Virus record (IMG/VR): IMGVR_UViG_3300045988_079349
DNA from: a virus
Length of the DNA stretch: 64,000 bases
Reading direction: 5' to 3' (one strand)
The notes under the pieces are model-generated. The model searched no databases, was not told the DNA's origin, and saw only the letters and a list, made by a program, of their open reading frames with translations. The position numbers and the translations under genes are program-made. Below are positions 40,207 to 50,654 of this stretch, in pieces. How positions within the stretch are numbered: the stretch's first letter is position 1; each line of letters begins with the position of its first letter.

Positions 40207-41271
40207 TTACTTTCCAATTACAACTTTATGATCTTCGGTTGGATCAATAGATGCAGGTTGATATACAAATACATCGTAAGGAACTGCGGTGAATCCATTT
40301 GCTCCTTCTACCTGTACTGGCTCGGATTGTTTTACATAACTAGAAGTTACGTCAGCATTTAGACTTGAAGTAATATTCGCTGCGGTTACTTTAAGTCCGG
40401 AAGATTGAGGTACAGCAATAATAATTCTCTTTGTTCCTTCTTGAGCCTTAATGCTATTGATAGTCATTGCGGCTGCTGCTTTATTGCTAGAAGTAAGAGA
40501 ACGAATAATCGCGCTAGTTAGAGCATCTGTTGAATCATTAATTCCGTAGAAGATCTAACGGTATCCAGTAATAGTTCCTGTGCTATTAGCTTTTGATCCT
40601 GCCTTAATTTGTCCATCTACATATTCTGAACCTAAATTAGTCACAGGAATAGCTCCATCAGCATAGGTAGCTGTTGCTGTAATCTTTAGATTTGTAGAAT
40701 CAGTTACTTGAATTTCAGAGAATGTGCCGCTAGCTTCAGTTTTTGATTCTTCATTAAATTGAACGTTCCAACTGCTTGCAGTAATTCCTGTATCTGGACC
40801 GTACTGATAAGAGCCTTTATTCAAGGTGGCTGTATATTTTGGAGTTACATTAGTACCAGCCTCATATGCTTTCATCTCTCCAGAAGATACACTAACTGAG
40901 GGTTGTACGATAGTTGGGTTTTTCTCTTCGGCGAAAGCATCTAGTAATAACTGATCTAAAGTTTTTCCTGTTGCTGGCACATTTACGGAACCATCTCCGC
41001 CAGGAGTATATTTACCAAAAGCATAAGTAAAGGTAAAATCATCATCAAACTTAACAATAGATGAATCGACTTCAACTATATCTTTTCCTCCAGAGTATTC
41101 TAATTGGCCCCATGTACTCTCTCCATCACCATATTTTACCTTGCCCTTATCAGGGCCATCTGTTGTTAGACAGGCCTCGCCAATAAGAGGTACAAGGGTA
41201 TCTTTTACTAATTGCCAATTTGCATCTGTGTCATGTCGAAGCTGTATTCTAGTTTTCAGTTCATTGGCCAT
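40207..41271 (-). CDS. tail fibre protein (1 TAG codon)
   Basis: Fragments 40207..40467 and 40555..41271 in one frame, separated only by TAG; N-terminal conserved motif RIQLRHDTDANW...KYGDGESTWGQLEY. Confidence 0.6.
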
Positions 41272-41288
41272 TTTTATGCCTCCTTATT

Positions 41289-41864
41289 TTAATCTGATGC
41301 TGTTCCACAATTTAATATTAAAGTGAAATCATCAACATTTACAATCTTATCAACTCCAATAGAATTAACTTCTCCAGTTCCATCCAAAAGTATTTTAATC
41401 TAATTGTCTAAATTGCTTCCTTTTATTAAACCTAGACTCTCATTTGTACCAGCAGGAATAACAACCCTATTATCTTGGACTGGAAGATCTACATCGCCAA
41501 TAGAAATAACTTTTATTAGCTAATCTAATTCTTCTTCTGATATAGGTGTATACCATTCTAGCACTCCCTCGTCATTCTTTCTAATAGATTGACCAGTTTG
41601 CGCTTCCTCAAATCCTTTTAATGAGATTTGTCCTATCCCATCAATAATAATTGACTTGTTGTCTACATCTATACTAATTAAGTTATTATTTATATAATTT
41701 AATTCTTTCCAAGCAGTTGTTCCATTTCCTATTTTTAACTTTCCGGTATCTAACTCAAATCCTGGTTCACCTTCACGAAGGACTGGATTTAGTTCTGCCC
41801 ATTTTTGCGCAGTTCCTCTTTTAAGTTGAAATATTGTCTTATAAACAACTTCTGCCAAAGTCAC
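41289..41864 (-). CDS. tail-fibre-like protein (N-terminal conserved motif); C-terminal extension through TAG uncertain
   Basis: ORF track 41520..41864; my read-through translation continues about 75 codons to a TAA near 41289. Confidence 0.45.
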
Positions 41865-41872
41865 TCCCTCCC

Positions 41873-42130
41873 TTAGCCAATTAATCCGCCATCATAAATA
41901 ATGGTTGTATCTTCTGGCGGAAGGGGCTGATCTCCGCCTCCATTAGAAGGCTACAATATCCATTCATGATTAGAATTGAAGATGTATCTATTTCCATTTT
42001 CAATTACATAGGCTGAGCTACCTGGCTTACGATTAGTAGGGAGATTAGCAACGTCACTTTGGTAGTCGCACAAAAAATGAACTGTGCCGTATAAGACTTT
42101 ATTATCTACATTCTTACCAACAGTAATCAT
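41873..42130 (-). CDS. small hypothetical beta-rich protein (1 TAG)
   Basis: about 85 aa from RBS-ATG at 42130. Confidence 0.4.
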
Positions 42131-42229
42131 ACTTATTCTCCTTTCTTTAAAGAGTAGAGAAAATTATCTCTCTTTATACTATATAACAATAATGACAAAA
42201 GGTTTTACATAAATTGTCCAAAGCATATT

Positions 42230-42289
42230 TTTGAAAGAAAAATTTGGTGGGCATGCGCGATCGGAAACTCGGAGCAGGACGAGGCTAAC
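42230..42289 (-). promoter_or_regulatory. conserved GC-rich 60-nt element, copy B
   Basis: Near-identical to 15537..15600; directly follows a terminator (42294..42322) on the minus strand and precedes gene 41873..42130 by about 95 nt. Confidence 0.4.
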
Positions 42290-42293
42290 AGAA

Positions 42294-42322
42294 AAGAGGG
42301 GCTACCTATTTGGTAGCCCCTC
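42294..42322 (-). terminator. rho-independent terminator
   Basis: gaggggctacc/ggtagcccctc hairpin followed by TTTTCTG on minus strand. Confidence 0.55.
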
Positions 42323-42406
42323 TAGGGGATTGGAATTTTGCAGAACTCCAATCATACATATTACATTTATAAATGAAATATATATAAACACCGCTGCAAC
42401 AGTGGA

Positions 42407-42482
42407 TGGTTGCAGACATGGGAGTTGAACCCATTCCTCAAGCCTTATGAGGGCTGCGACTTAACCGTTTGTCCTGTCTGCA
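42407..42482 (-). tRNA. tRNA with anticodon CAU (Met or Ile2)
   Basis: Acceptor TGCAGAC/GTCTGCA, loop CTCATAA, T-arm ATGGGTTCAACTCCCAT; anticodon stem has one mismatch. Confidence 0.45.
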
Positions 42483-42520
42483 ATATAAAAGCAGTTTTAA
42501 GACTTGCTTAGGTCTTTATG

Positions 42521-43642
42521 TTAAATGTCAACATATTTGTTGACATTATAAAATGTAACTTTAGTAAAGGTTACTCCTTCAACTCTCACGTTCTCGTTAA
42601 ATTCTTTTCTCGCTCTTTCTCTCTCTTCCTCAGAGGGATAATTCAAATCGAAAGTATCGAAGTCGCAACAAATCTCAGCGTCCATTCCCATAAGAGTTAG
42701 GGTGCCATTCACTGATTTGATATTGCTTGGAGAAAAAACAAGAATAAAATCATTCTTATCTTTTCTAAATCTAATTCGCTGCTCTTCTTTGTCATAGAGG
42801 TTAAGAGAATAGCCATACACTGTCATAGCCCAACCATTGGTTAGTCGAACACTAATATCAAAGACAGAATTTCTTTCATAGTTAATGTTCAAATCCATCA
42901 GGGTTTCCTCAAGAGGGTAGCCCTGCTTCAAATCAAAAGCAATGGCTCTCAGACTGTCATAGGTAATATCCGCGATCTGCGATAGCTTAATTACCTTTTC
43001 AATCTCCTCTTGAAATCCTGTTCCCACCGCATCAATCATATAGTCTCTTACTTCATCCGCGGTTGGGCATCCAATTTCAAAATGATAATGGAAACGACCG
43101 GGTCTGTTAATGAGGAACTCGTTCAATCTCTTAGTATCGTTGCACGTGATAACGAAAAGTTTCTTTCCATCATCAACGCCGTCAAACAAACTTAAAAGCT
43201 CTACCTGCGGATCCCAGTCATCATTTCTTGCGAAAGTCTTTTCAAACTCGTCGAAGATGATAACTACTTCCTGCTCAATAGAACTTAGAAAGTTGCTAAT
43301 TCCGGGGATTGGACAATCGACTATAATCACCGGCATATCTCGCTTAATCGCGGCTTCCGCAATCATACGAGCAAAAAGAGATTTGCCAATACCTTTCTTA
43401 CCAGAAAGAATTATGCCAAAGTTTCTTTCAGCTTTCTCAAAAGAGTTAAAAACCTTTTCTACTTTTCTTTCGTGCGAACCATAAACCTTTTCTTCTTTTA
43501 CTTGAAGGTTATTATGCAACTGAAGCCAAATTCCCATTTGAGGATGGAAGCCGATCGAATATGTACCCGCAGGCAACTCCTTATAAGTTTTTACATCATC
43601 CCCATATACTTGGAAACGGTTTCCTGTATGAACAATATTCAT
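42521..43642 (-). CDS. AAA+ ATPase
   Basis: Walker A GKKGIGKS, Walker B VIIFDEFE; 373 aa. Confidence 0.65.
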   Translation of the reverse strand: MNIVHTGNRFQVYGDDVKTYKELPAGTYSIGFHPQMGIWLQLHNNLQVKEEKVYGSHERKVEKVFNSFEKAERNFGIILSGKKGIGKSLFARMIAEAAIKRDMPVIIVDCPIPGISNFLSSIEQEVVIIFDEFEKTFARNDDWDPQVELLSLFDGVDDGKKLFVITCNDTKRLNEFLINRPGRFHYHFEIGCPTADEVRDYMIDAVGTGFQEEIEKVIKLSQIADITYDSLRAIAFDLKQGYPLEETLMDLNINYERNSVFDISVRLTNGWAMTVYGYSLNLYDKEEQRIRFRKDKNDFILVFSPSNIKSVNGTLTLMGMDAEICCDFDTFDLNYPSEEERERARKEFNENVRVEGVTFTKVTFYNVNKYVDI

Positions 43643-44215
43643 TACATACTTCCTTTCCTATTGTTTGGTGGGCCAGGAGGGAATCGCACCCACTCGAGCT
43701 CGGAAGCACCGGTTTTTGGAGTTAAATCTTAGATTCGAACTAAGTATTTACTGGTATCCAATTTACAATTTGGGGCACTGGTTGTTCTCAAAGTTATTGA
43801 TTTTACATTTCCAGCTTGAATCAAATCGTTCATTGGAATTACAAACATATTCATATCTTGATTAGCGCAAAACAACAAGTCTAAAGGATGGTTAAGTATC
43901 GAATCATAAACATTTCCTTTAGTTCCACCTGCGGATTTTAGATTAATTTCTCCAGTTTTCGATGATGTAAATTTGCACTAAACTGTTTGGAAAACTCCAT
44001 CTTTTTCAATAACTAAATCATACCATTGAGTATCATTCAGTGGGACTGATACAGTGTATCCATTAGAACCAAAGTATCCTATTGCTAAAGATAGACCAGC
44101 ATTTCCTTTCTACTGATTGTTTGTAATGACCATTAATATCCTCCTAAGTAGGAATTTAACACAGACCGGGGTGTCTACTTTATCACTTTACTGACCCATA
44201 TATAAAAGAATTGTT

Positions 44216-44302
44216 TGGTCCCGGAGACGGGACTCGAACCCGTACGAGATTGCTCTCAGGGGATTTTAAGTCCCCTGTGTCTGCCAATTCCACCACTCCG
44301 GG
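44216..44302 (-). tRNA. tRNA-Leu(UAA)
   Basis: Type II fold, anticodon loop CTTAAAA, long variable arm. Confidence 0.65.
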
Positions 44303-44387
44303 ATATTGCACATTTTTATGCTGAGTTGTGCTTCTCACCTTTCTCTTCTTCTTCCCCGGCGGATGAAAGTATCTCCGGTGTATTCGG

Positions 44388-44504
44388 CGGGGAGTGCAGG
44401 ACTCGAACCTGCGACATCGTGCACCCAAAGCAAGTTAAAGATTGCTGTTACGGTCTTTAACAAGACCAAACTATAACGCGCTCTACCAACTGAGCTAACT
44501 CCCC
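44388..44504 (-). tRNA. tRNA-like gene of about 117 nt with a roughly 40-nt insertion between D-arm and T-arm
   Basis: Perfect acceptor GGGGAGT/ACTCCCC, canonical D-arm TAGCTCAGTTGGTAGAGC and T-arm GCAGGTTCGAGTCCTGC, but the intervening region contains an extra hairpin GGTCTTgttaAAGACC. Confidence 0.4.
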
Positions 44505-44751
44505 ATATAAACGATTTTGGATAAGGTTAATCGAGAACCTCGTCAGTGTGCTACTACGCCAAAGGCGAGCCCTGCAGGTTTACTCGCCACTCTTTAAATG
44601 GTGGACGCTTTCAATCCTACATCCTGACAATAGAAGTCTTATTTACGATTTCTGTACGTATTGCTTCTATTACTGGCACCGCTTCTTCGTGTTGAACGAA
44701 AACTTCTTGGTTCAGAGCCAAGCGTGCAGACCGCTACACTAAAGCGGTATA

Positions 44752-44825
44752 TGGCAGCGGATAGAGGGGTCGAACCTCTAACAAGGGAGTCAAAGTCCCG
44801 CGTGTTACCATTACACCAATCCGCT
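44752..44825 (-). tRNA. tRNA-Gln(UUG)
   Basis: Acceptor AGCGGAT/ATCCGCT, G73, loop CTTTGAC. Confidence 0.6.
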
Positions 44826-44966
44826 ATAAATCAAGACGCATTAAAGAAAAGACTGTTTATCAGACAGTTGCGTAAACCATTCCGCCAAAATCGCTAAGCG
44901 CGATCCACAGGATTCGAACCTGCATCTTCTATTAAGAAGAATTTGCTGTATGCGTCTTTATTTTAC

Positions 44967-45164
44967 TTATATTTTAATTACACTCGCTGCTATATCGCAG
45001 TTGAACAAATCGTCATAAATCTTCTCTAAAGAAGCATCTTCATCAATGGTATATCCATTCAAAAGAGAATGTTTCTTTAGAGCTTCTTTTTCTGATTCAG
45101 CAGTAATCTTCTCTAACTTAATTTCATTTTCAAAGAAACTAAGAACTCCAACAACAAAATTCAT
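44967..45164 (-). CDS. hypothetical protein
   Basis: 65 aa ORF. Confidence 0.35.
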   Translation of the reverse strand: MNFVVGVLSFFENEIKLEKITAESEKEALKKHSLLNGYTIDEDASLEKIYDDLFNCDIAASVIKI

Positions 45165-45185
45165 AATTTTCTCCTAGACTTTAAG

Positions 45186-45261
45186 TGGTACCCGGTGACG
45201 GGCTCGAACCGCCGACCTCCGCGGTGTAAACGCGATGCTCTCCCAGCTGAGCTAACCGGGC
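45186..45261 (-). tRNA. tRNA-Val(UAC)
   Basis: Manual fold; loop TTTACAC. Confidence 0.65.
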
Positions 45262-45263
45262 AT

Positions 45264-45479
45264 TTAACTCAGAAAGATATTTTTAAATTCGTTCTCAAGC
45301 ATAAAGAAAACTTCGCTCGCGCAACCACCTTTGCCGACTTGAACATAAGCAATCATAACATCTCCAGAGTCAGCATCGAAACCACGACAAATAGTCTTAA
45401 CAAGACCATAAGGATTAGCTCGATAAAAGCAACCCATAGCAACAAAGTTATTCTTCATATTTAAGACTTCCTTTCTCAA
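45264..45479 (-). CDS. hypothetical protein
   Basis: 71 aa ORF with class-2 promoter at 45478-45510. Confidence 0.4.
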   Translation of the reverse strand: MRKEVLNMKNNFVAMGCFYRANPYGLVKTICRGFDADSGDVMIAYVQVGKGGCASEVFFMLENEFKNIFLS

Positions 45480-45727
45480 CTTTCTATAAATATTATATCA
45501 TTTATTTTTAATATTTTCAAAAGTTTCTAAAGACTAGACTCAAAAGGGCTTGCCCCATATGCTCAACATTTTCTTGGCTTCCCTTCAAAAAGAAAATGCT
45601 TCTTAGCTTTCTAAATAAGATTTATTTAGTAAAATCTTTTTATACAAGTATATTTGCATATATTTGCTGTATTGAGTCTATATATATAGGAAAGGAGTGA
45701 TACATATTCTCGCTCCCTAAGAGCGAG

Positions 45728-45804
45728 TGGTCCGAGTGGTGAGACTCAAACTCACGGCCTCGTGATCCCAAATCACGCGTTCTAATCAACTGAACTACAC
45801 CCGG
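45728..45804 (-). tRNA. tRNA-Pro(UGG)
   Basis: Manual fold; loop TTTGGGA. Confidence 0.65.
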
Positions 45805-46076
45805 ATATTAACTTAGGGTTTCTCGCACTTCCGCAGATTTCCATGCCTGGTCCTTACCGTTTCCTCTAATGCTATACGAGGCACCGACCCTGAACCCTTC
45901 TGCTCTATGCCGGTTGTGTACTGATACCGGAAAACATCTTGGGGACTTTATTTTTACCTTCGTTGCTCCAATCCTCGAAGGGTATCTCGGAATATAGCTT
46001 TCCTATTATTGGCTCGGATTTAAGGCCCTACGATTTATTCTTACTGCCTTTCGGACTTGTATGTAAGATACCAATG

Positions 46077-46164
46077 TGGCGCAGAGGGTAGGATTTGAAC
46101 CCACGGGCCTTTCGACCGCCTGCTTTCTAGGCAGGTGCCATAAACCAGACTCGGCCACCTCTGC
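46077..46164 (-). tRNA. type II tRNA, anticodon apparently AGA (Ser-like), uncertain
   Basis: Acceptor GCAGAGG, Ser-like D-arm, stem CCTGC/GCAGG with loop CTAGAAA, long variable arm, G73. Confidence 0.45.
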
Positions 46165-46167
46165 ATA

Positions 46168-46244
46168 TGGTACGCCAGAGAAGATTCGAACTCCCACAAA
46201 CCAGGGTCCGTAGCCCTGTGCACTTTCCATTATGCTACTGGCGC
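46168..46244 (-). tRNA. tRNA-Arg(ACG)
   Basis: Manual fold; loop CTACGGA. Confidence 0.65.
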
Positions 46245-46320
46245 ATATACTAGGCTCTTTTTTCTTCCCAGTTAACAGCTAGGTGCTTAATAAGCGATAT
46301 TTGCTGAATGAGCCTATAAT

Positions 46321-46776
46321 TTAGTTACGAGTGCGTAACCAATAATTCTTCATCTTATAATCTGTATTCTCAGTTACTTCGACTGCATCATCAATAGGAA
46401 GTTGGAAGCCGCGGGCCTGCTCCTCCGATTCGAATTCGACCTCTGCGTAGATAAAAGCTCCATCGTCTACTACAGAAACCGCGAGTGGATATCCGCCGCA
46501 ATTAAAGATAGAATAATCTTTCTTAATCGGAGGTTTATTCACGAACTCTTTGACTTGATTATAGAAGTTTTCAGAAATCTTTGTTTCAATCTCTTCTCTT
46601 GCTAGAGTTCCTTCGCCCTTAATTGTAATCCTAAAAGGTTCGTTGCTTGCGGGATTGTGCCTCAAGCGCACTTCAGGACTTGTTGAAACGTAGAATTGCT
46701 CTACCTGAGAATTTCTAACTAATCGAAACTCTGTTGGAACTCTTTGAAGAATCCACTTTCTTTCAATCTCCATCAT
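46321..46776 (-). CDS. CYTH-domain (triphosphate tunnel metalloenzyme) protein
   Basis: N-terminal EIERKWIL CYTH signature; 151 aa. Confidence 0.6.
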   Translation of the reverse strand: MMEIERKWILQRVPTEFRLVRNSQVEQFYVSTSPEVRLRHNPASNEPFRITIKGEGTLAREEIETKISENFYNQVKEFVNKPPIKKDYSIFNCGGYPLAVSVVDDGAFIYAEVEFESEEQARGFQLPIDDAVEVTENTDYKMKNYWLRTRN

Positions 46777-46803
46777 AAACTTCCTTTCCTCTTGTTATGT
46801 AAA

Positions 46804-47202
46804 TTATTCTATCTTGAAAAATTCTTCTTCAAATTTAAGTTTTTGCCATTTTATTTCTTCAGAATATCTTCCATTTCTAGGAGTTAAGCGTATATAGTCT
46901 TTAATTATTAACTAAGCTCTAGCTTTTTTCTTTGGTTCATTAAGATAACTGACAATCTCTTCTAATAAAGAAATAGCCTTTCTCCGCTCTATCTTCCAAA
47001 TATAAGCCTGTTTCCATTTTGGATTACGCTCATTTTTCTTGGAAATAACTCCTCCAAAATGCTCTTTAAGATATTCTACAATTTGATATGTTGTACTAGA
47101 CACTTCTAATACTGGATACCTAAACTATTTATCCTTGGTGAGAGTAATACTTCCTTCACCATCAATAATGCCAGCCAAATATCCTCTTTCTAATTCTGTC
47201 AT
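46804..47202 (-). CDS. LAGLIDADG homing endonuclease (2 TAG codons)
   Basis: RBS GGAGG-ATG; LAGIIDGEGSI motif; 399 nt in frame to TAA when both TAGs are read through; ORF-track fragments 46912..47103 and 47125..47313. Confidence 0.6.
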
Positions 47203-47721
47203 ATTAATTCCTCCACATATGTTATATATGGAGCCGAATTGGGTTTCGATTATCCACCACTTTCTTTTTAAGAGAAGAAAGAAACTCTTGGTGGAGATGA
47301 CGGAGAGTCGCACTCCGTGTCCGAAATAACTACATAACTAGAATATTATTACACGATAGTTTCACTTTAAACTTTTATAAATGGAGTTTTAGCTGAAACT
47401 ACTAATAACCATAGAGCAGTACCAGTTGTACTCTGCCTCCACCACTCTATTTAATTAAAGGCAAATAGAGAAATCCAAGGGATTAAAACAGCGAGCTATG
47501 CTCAAGCTGCGATATTACTAGAAAAATAATCGTTGTCGTTTAATTTTGTTGCCCCTTAAGGCGGTATGCCTACCCGTGTATTCTAGTTTCTCATTACCCC
47601 GTCGAACCTACGCATCCCCATATAGTGACCCTCTATCTATTGCAGAAAGAATCGAACTCTAGACTCTATAGCCATAGAGGGTCTTTTGTAATGAAATTAA
47701 AATGTCTGCCGATTTCTCGGC

Positions 47722-47796
47722 TGGTGGGTTATCGAGGACTCGAACCTCGTCCCGTAGGGCTTCAACCTACTGCTCTGCCCGTTAAGCTAACAACCC
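47722..47796 (-). tRNA. tRNA-Phe(GAA)
   Basis: Manual fold; stem GTAGG/CCTAC, loop TTGAAGC. Confidence 0.6.
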
Positions 47797-47799
47797 GTA

Positions 47800-47876
47800 T
47801 GGTACCCCGTATTGGACTCGAACCAATGACCTACCGCTTAGAAGGCGGTTGCTCTTTCCAGCTGAGCTAACGGGGC
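47800..47876 (-). tRNA. tRNA-Arg(UCU)
   Basis: Manual fold; loop CTTCTAA. Confidence 0.65.
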
Positions 47877-47879
47877 TTA

Positions 47880-48365
47880 CTAAAATCCCTTAAACTGCTT
47901 ACCTTTATATGGTAACTCTTCACAAAGAATACCATGACTCATCATCCATTCCTGTAATACTTTTCTTTCAGAACAGGGATTATTGATTGCTTCATGGACG
48001 ATAAGAACAATAATAGGTTCTCCCTCGAAATTATTAGCGGATTGGATAATTCTTGTTATTCTATCGCATCTTTCAAGAAAGTCTATAAAATCAACTTTAG
48101 ATAGTTGAGTTCTATATCTTTGTAAAAATAAACAATTATCTGGAGTTTCTGGACAAGCCATACCTTCGCATAATCCAGAACAAGAATTATCTGGATGAAG
48201 CATTTCAGCTCTTAGCCCATTGATAACTCCATTTTTATCAAAGAAAGTATAACCGTTATCCATGCCCTTATGAAACCATAAGGGGTCTCCGCAAGCAGTA
48301 GAAAGAGGTATCATATTAGGAGTAAAATTGCGGATTTGATAGAAATAAGAAGTATAAAACTTCAT
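47880..48365 (-). CDS. hypothetical protein
   Basis: 161 aa ORF, Cys-rich. Confidence 0.5.
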   Translation of the reverse strand: MKFYTSYFYQIRNFTPNMIPLSTACGDPLWFHKGMDNGYTFFDKNGVINGLRAEMLHPDNSCSGLCEGMACPETPDNCLFLQRYRTQLSKVDFIDFLERCDRITRIIQSANNFEGEPIIVLIVHEAINNPCSERKVLQEWMMSHGILCEELPYKGKQFKGF

Positions 48366-48614
48366 TCAAATCCTCCACGCTCTTGTTTCACGGAGCTGCT
48401 CTTCAATATCTTCTTGATAGTTATATACTTCCATCACTCTTTGCATACTTGAACTATTGATTTCTCCAATTTTAACAATGGCATCCTCATAGCTAACTGC
48501 ATATGTTGGATAATCCTCAAAAGAAAATCCATCGCAAGCAATAATACAATATTTATTGATACTATTGTCTCCGCGAGTTACCATATCTCTGACTTCGATA
48601 TAATTAGCAGCCAT
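48366..48614 (-). CDS. hypothetical protein
   Basis: 82 aa ORF. Confidence 0.45.
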   Translation of the reverse strand: MAANYIEVRDMVTRGDNSINKYCIIACDGFSFEDYPTYAVSYEDAIVKIGEINSSSMQRVMEVYNYQEDIEEQLRETRAWRI

Positions 48615-48639
48615 GAGTAGCCTCCTCTCATAATATTGG

Positions 48640-48712
48640 CAAGATGGGTGGGACTCGAACCCACAGTCATGGTTTTGGAGACCATTGGTTTAGCCAATTA
48701 ACCGACCACCTT
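48640..48712 (-). tRNA. tRNA-Trp(CCA), CCA not encoded
   Basis: Stem ATGGT/ACCAT, loop CTCCAAA. Confidence 0.6.
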
Positions 48713-48716
48713 ATAT

Positions 48717-48792
48717 TGGTGCAACCAGCAGGGATTGAACCTGCGACCCCAGCGTTATCAGCACTGTGCTCTACCAACTGAGCTATGGTTGC
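48717..48792 (-). tRNA. tRNA-Ile(GAU)
   Basis: Manual fold; loop CTGATAA. Confidence 0.65.
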
Positions 48793-49088
48793 ATATAATA
48801 TCCATGAGCACCACTCTTCGACAAGGATTGTGCCGCCACTCCATGTTCGTTTCAGGAAAGGCCTAACGAGCATATTTCGTCTGCCAGTCGCCGAGCTTTT
48901 CTGGTTAAGAGGTACTCGAAACCATACCTTAGTCTATTCACGGTAACTAACCGGAGCTGTTACTCTCACCCAGTCCGTCTTTAATTTGGCCACACAAGAG
49001 GGCGCGGGCTTTCCCAATGTGCGCTGGAGCAAGATACCGGATTCGAACCGGCCCTTTCAGTTTGTGGTGTCTCATATAAGATTTGAAC

Positions 49089-49834
49089 TTATATCTTTGA
49101 CCACATTTCATCAGAATATTTCTTAATATCAGACTTGCGATAAGGTAAATCGTAGGCTTTGCACCATTTTTTAATGGTGTTATCAGAAACAGAAAAATTT
49201 TTTCCTATACTCACAAAAGTTTCTGCCCTAATCATATCTTTTAAGACTTCTCTACTCGGTCTTTCACACTTTTGTTGTCTAATATGGTCACAGACAGAAC
49301 ATCTAATCGCTCCCTTGGAAATTTCTTTTCCGCAATCAACGCAATAATAATGCTATTTTGTTACATCCTTTACCTTGCGTAATGGATACTATTCACCTTC
49401 AATAGTATGATAATCACCACGATTGAGATAATAAACCATACTTAAGTCTAAACCATATTTCTCACTAATTTGTGAAAAAGATAGCTCAGATTTTTTAATA
49501 TCTTGAATAATGCTATTCAAGATTTCTGGTGTATATCTCTTAAAAACTTGGTTCTATGAACTACCGCCAGATGTAATATTATACCCATTGGGAGTAATTG
49601 AATTATACTTTTGAATATAGAATTTTTCTCTTGTATCTAAAAGATACTCTGGGCATTCTTCAATAATGGAAAAAGCAAAATTATCTTTTCCTTCTCGTTG
49701 AATTGCCTATCCAATTAGCGAATTACTACGACAATGTTCTGTAAAACGCTTTTCGATATGGAGGCTCTAACCCACATATACTTTACCATCAGTCAGATTT
49801 TCAATTTTATAAATACCAATAGACAAGTCTTTCA
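49089..49834 (-). pseudogene. GIY-YIG homing endonuclease with zinc finger + HTH C-terminus; carries a +1 frameshift near 49755 and several TAG codons
   Basis: N-terminal frame MKDLSIGIYKIDKIENLTDGKVYVGQSLHIEKRFT switches frame before EHCRSNSLIGQ...; one extra A in cgttttacaAgaacat. Both frames verified against sequence. Confidence 0.5.
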
Positions 49835-50144
49835 TCTCCTCTACTATATTTACAATTTTGAACCGACTCTTTAATGAAATGCACCCAAAATTTTTCTTAA
49901 ACTAATGAAACGAAGACTGACGTGCTAGCCGCTGACACTAATCCTGCATATTAGTGGTGGTTTTTCCCTTACAACAGGATCGAACCACCAAACCCATCAT
50001 AAGAGGTGTTCCTCATACTTTCACGCCCATAGGAACCACAAAGCCTGTGCGCCGCTTCTGCTCTTAGAGTTTACATCTTGAAACCCTGTCAAAGAAGCAG
50101 TAACCGTCCTCTAAAAGTCACCTCTACGCAAAGCGAGAGTATAG

Positions 50145-50221
50145 TGGTGCGTGTGGCGAGATTCGAACTCGCGACTCCCTGCTTAAAAGGCAGGTGCTCT
50201 AGCCTGCTGAGCTACACACGC
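50145..50221 (-). tRNA. tRNA-Lys(UUU)
   Basis: Stem CCTGC/GCAGG, loop CTTTTAA. Confidence 0.65.
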
Positions 50222-50326
50222 ATTTTGGTTGGATGTTTCGCCAACCCGAAAGGAAAAGAATATTTTTCTGGCGCGTCCTTCTCTCGTACTCGCGCACTAC
50301 AGGGTTTATAGGCTCTGTAGCCAACC

Positions 50327-50602
50327 TTAACCCTCTTCAGGCCACATATCTTCGCTGAAAAGCTCTCGATACTTATCGTCGTCAACAATTAACTGCCTAC
50401 ATTTGCGGGCCTCATGCTTTGCATCGTACCTATCAAGGAACCTAGAATCATCAGTCAAGAATCCCTGAACTAAATCTTCTTTATCCCACTCATACCCCAT
50501 TTGATATGCCTCCTCAAAGCAATCTGCATGGCGCTTCCCGCAAATAATCACGGGGTATTCGCCGAAATGGGGAAAAAATTTAATTGCAGAAGCAATAATC
50601 AT
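50327..50602 (-). CDS. hypothetical protein
   Basis: 91 aa ORF with class-2 promoter at 50620-50650. Confidence 0.5.
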   Translation of the reverse strand: MIIASAIKFFPHFGEYPVIICGKRHADCFEEAYQMGYEWDKEDLVQGFLTDDSRFLDRYDAKHEARKCRQLIVDDDKYRELFSEDMWPEEG

Positions 50603-50654
50603 TAAAACTCAAACATCCTTTCCTTAACTTTCTATATATATTATATAATAAATA

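Noticed and set aside
43663-43760. Two tRNA-like T-arm hairpins at the start of the tRNA array
   Set aside because: T-arm-like hairpins are present but no complementary 5-prime acceptor strand or D-arm could be found. Probably degenerate tRNA remnants.
45805-46076. tmRNA or RNase P RNA in the GC-rich non-coding stretches
   Set aside because: No tmRNA 5-prime GGGG...tag-peptide...TΨC-ACCA end and no RNase P conserved block GGAAAGUCCGG could be found by eye. Left as unassigned ncRNA candidates.
44183-46230. ORFs 44183..44428, 44215..44460, 46006..46230, 46041..46223 inside the tRNA array
   Set aside because: They are GC-rich translations of tRNA genes (overlapping tRNA-Leu, the 117-nt tRNA-like gene, and the Ser-like and Arg tRNAs).
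50145-50221. Possible ochre-suppressor reading (anticodon UUA) of the tRNA at 50145..50221
   Set aside because: That reading requires a 6-bp anticodon stem. The canonical 5-bp stem gives loop CTTTTAA, i.e. tRNA-Lys(UUU).
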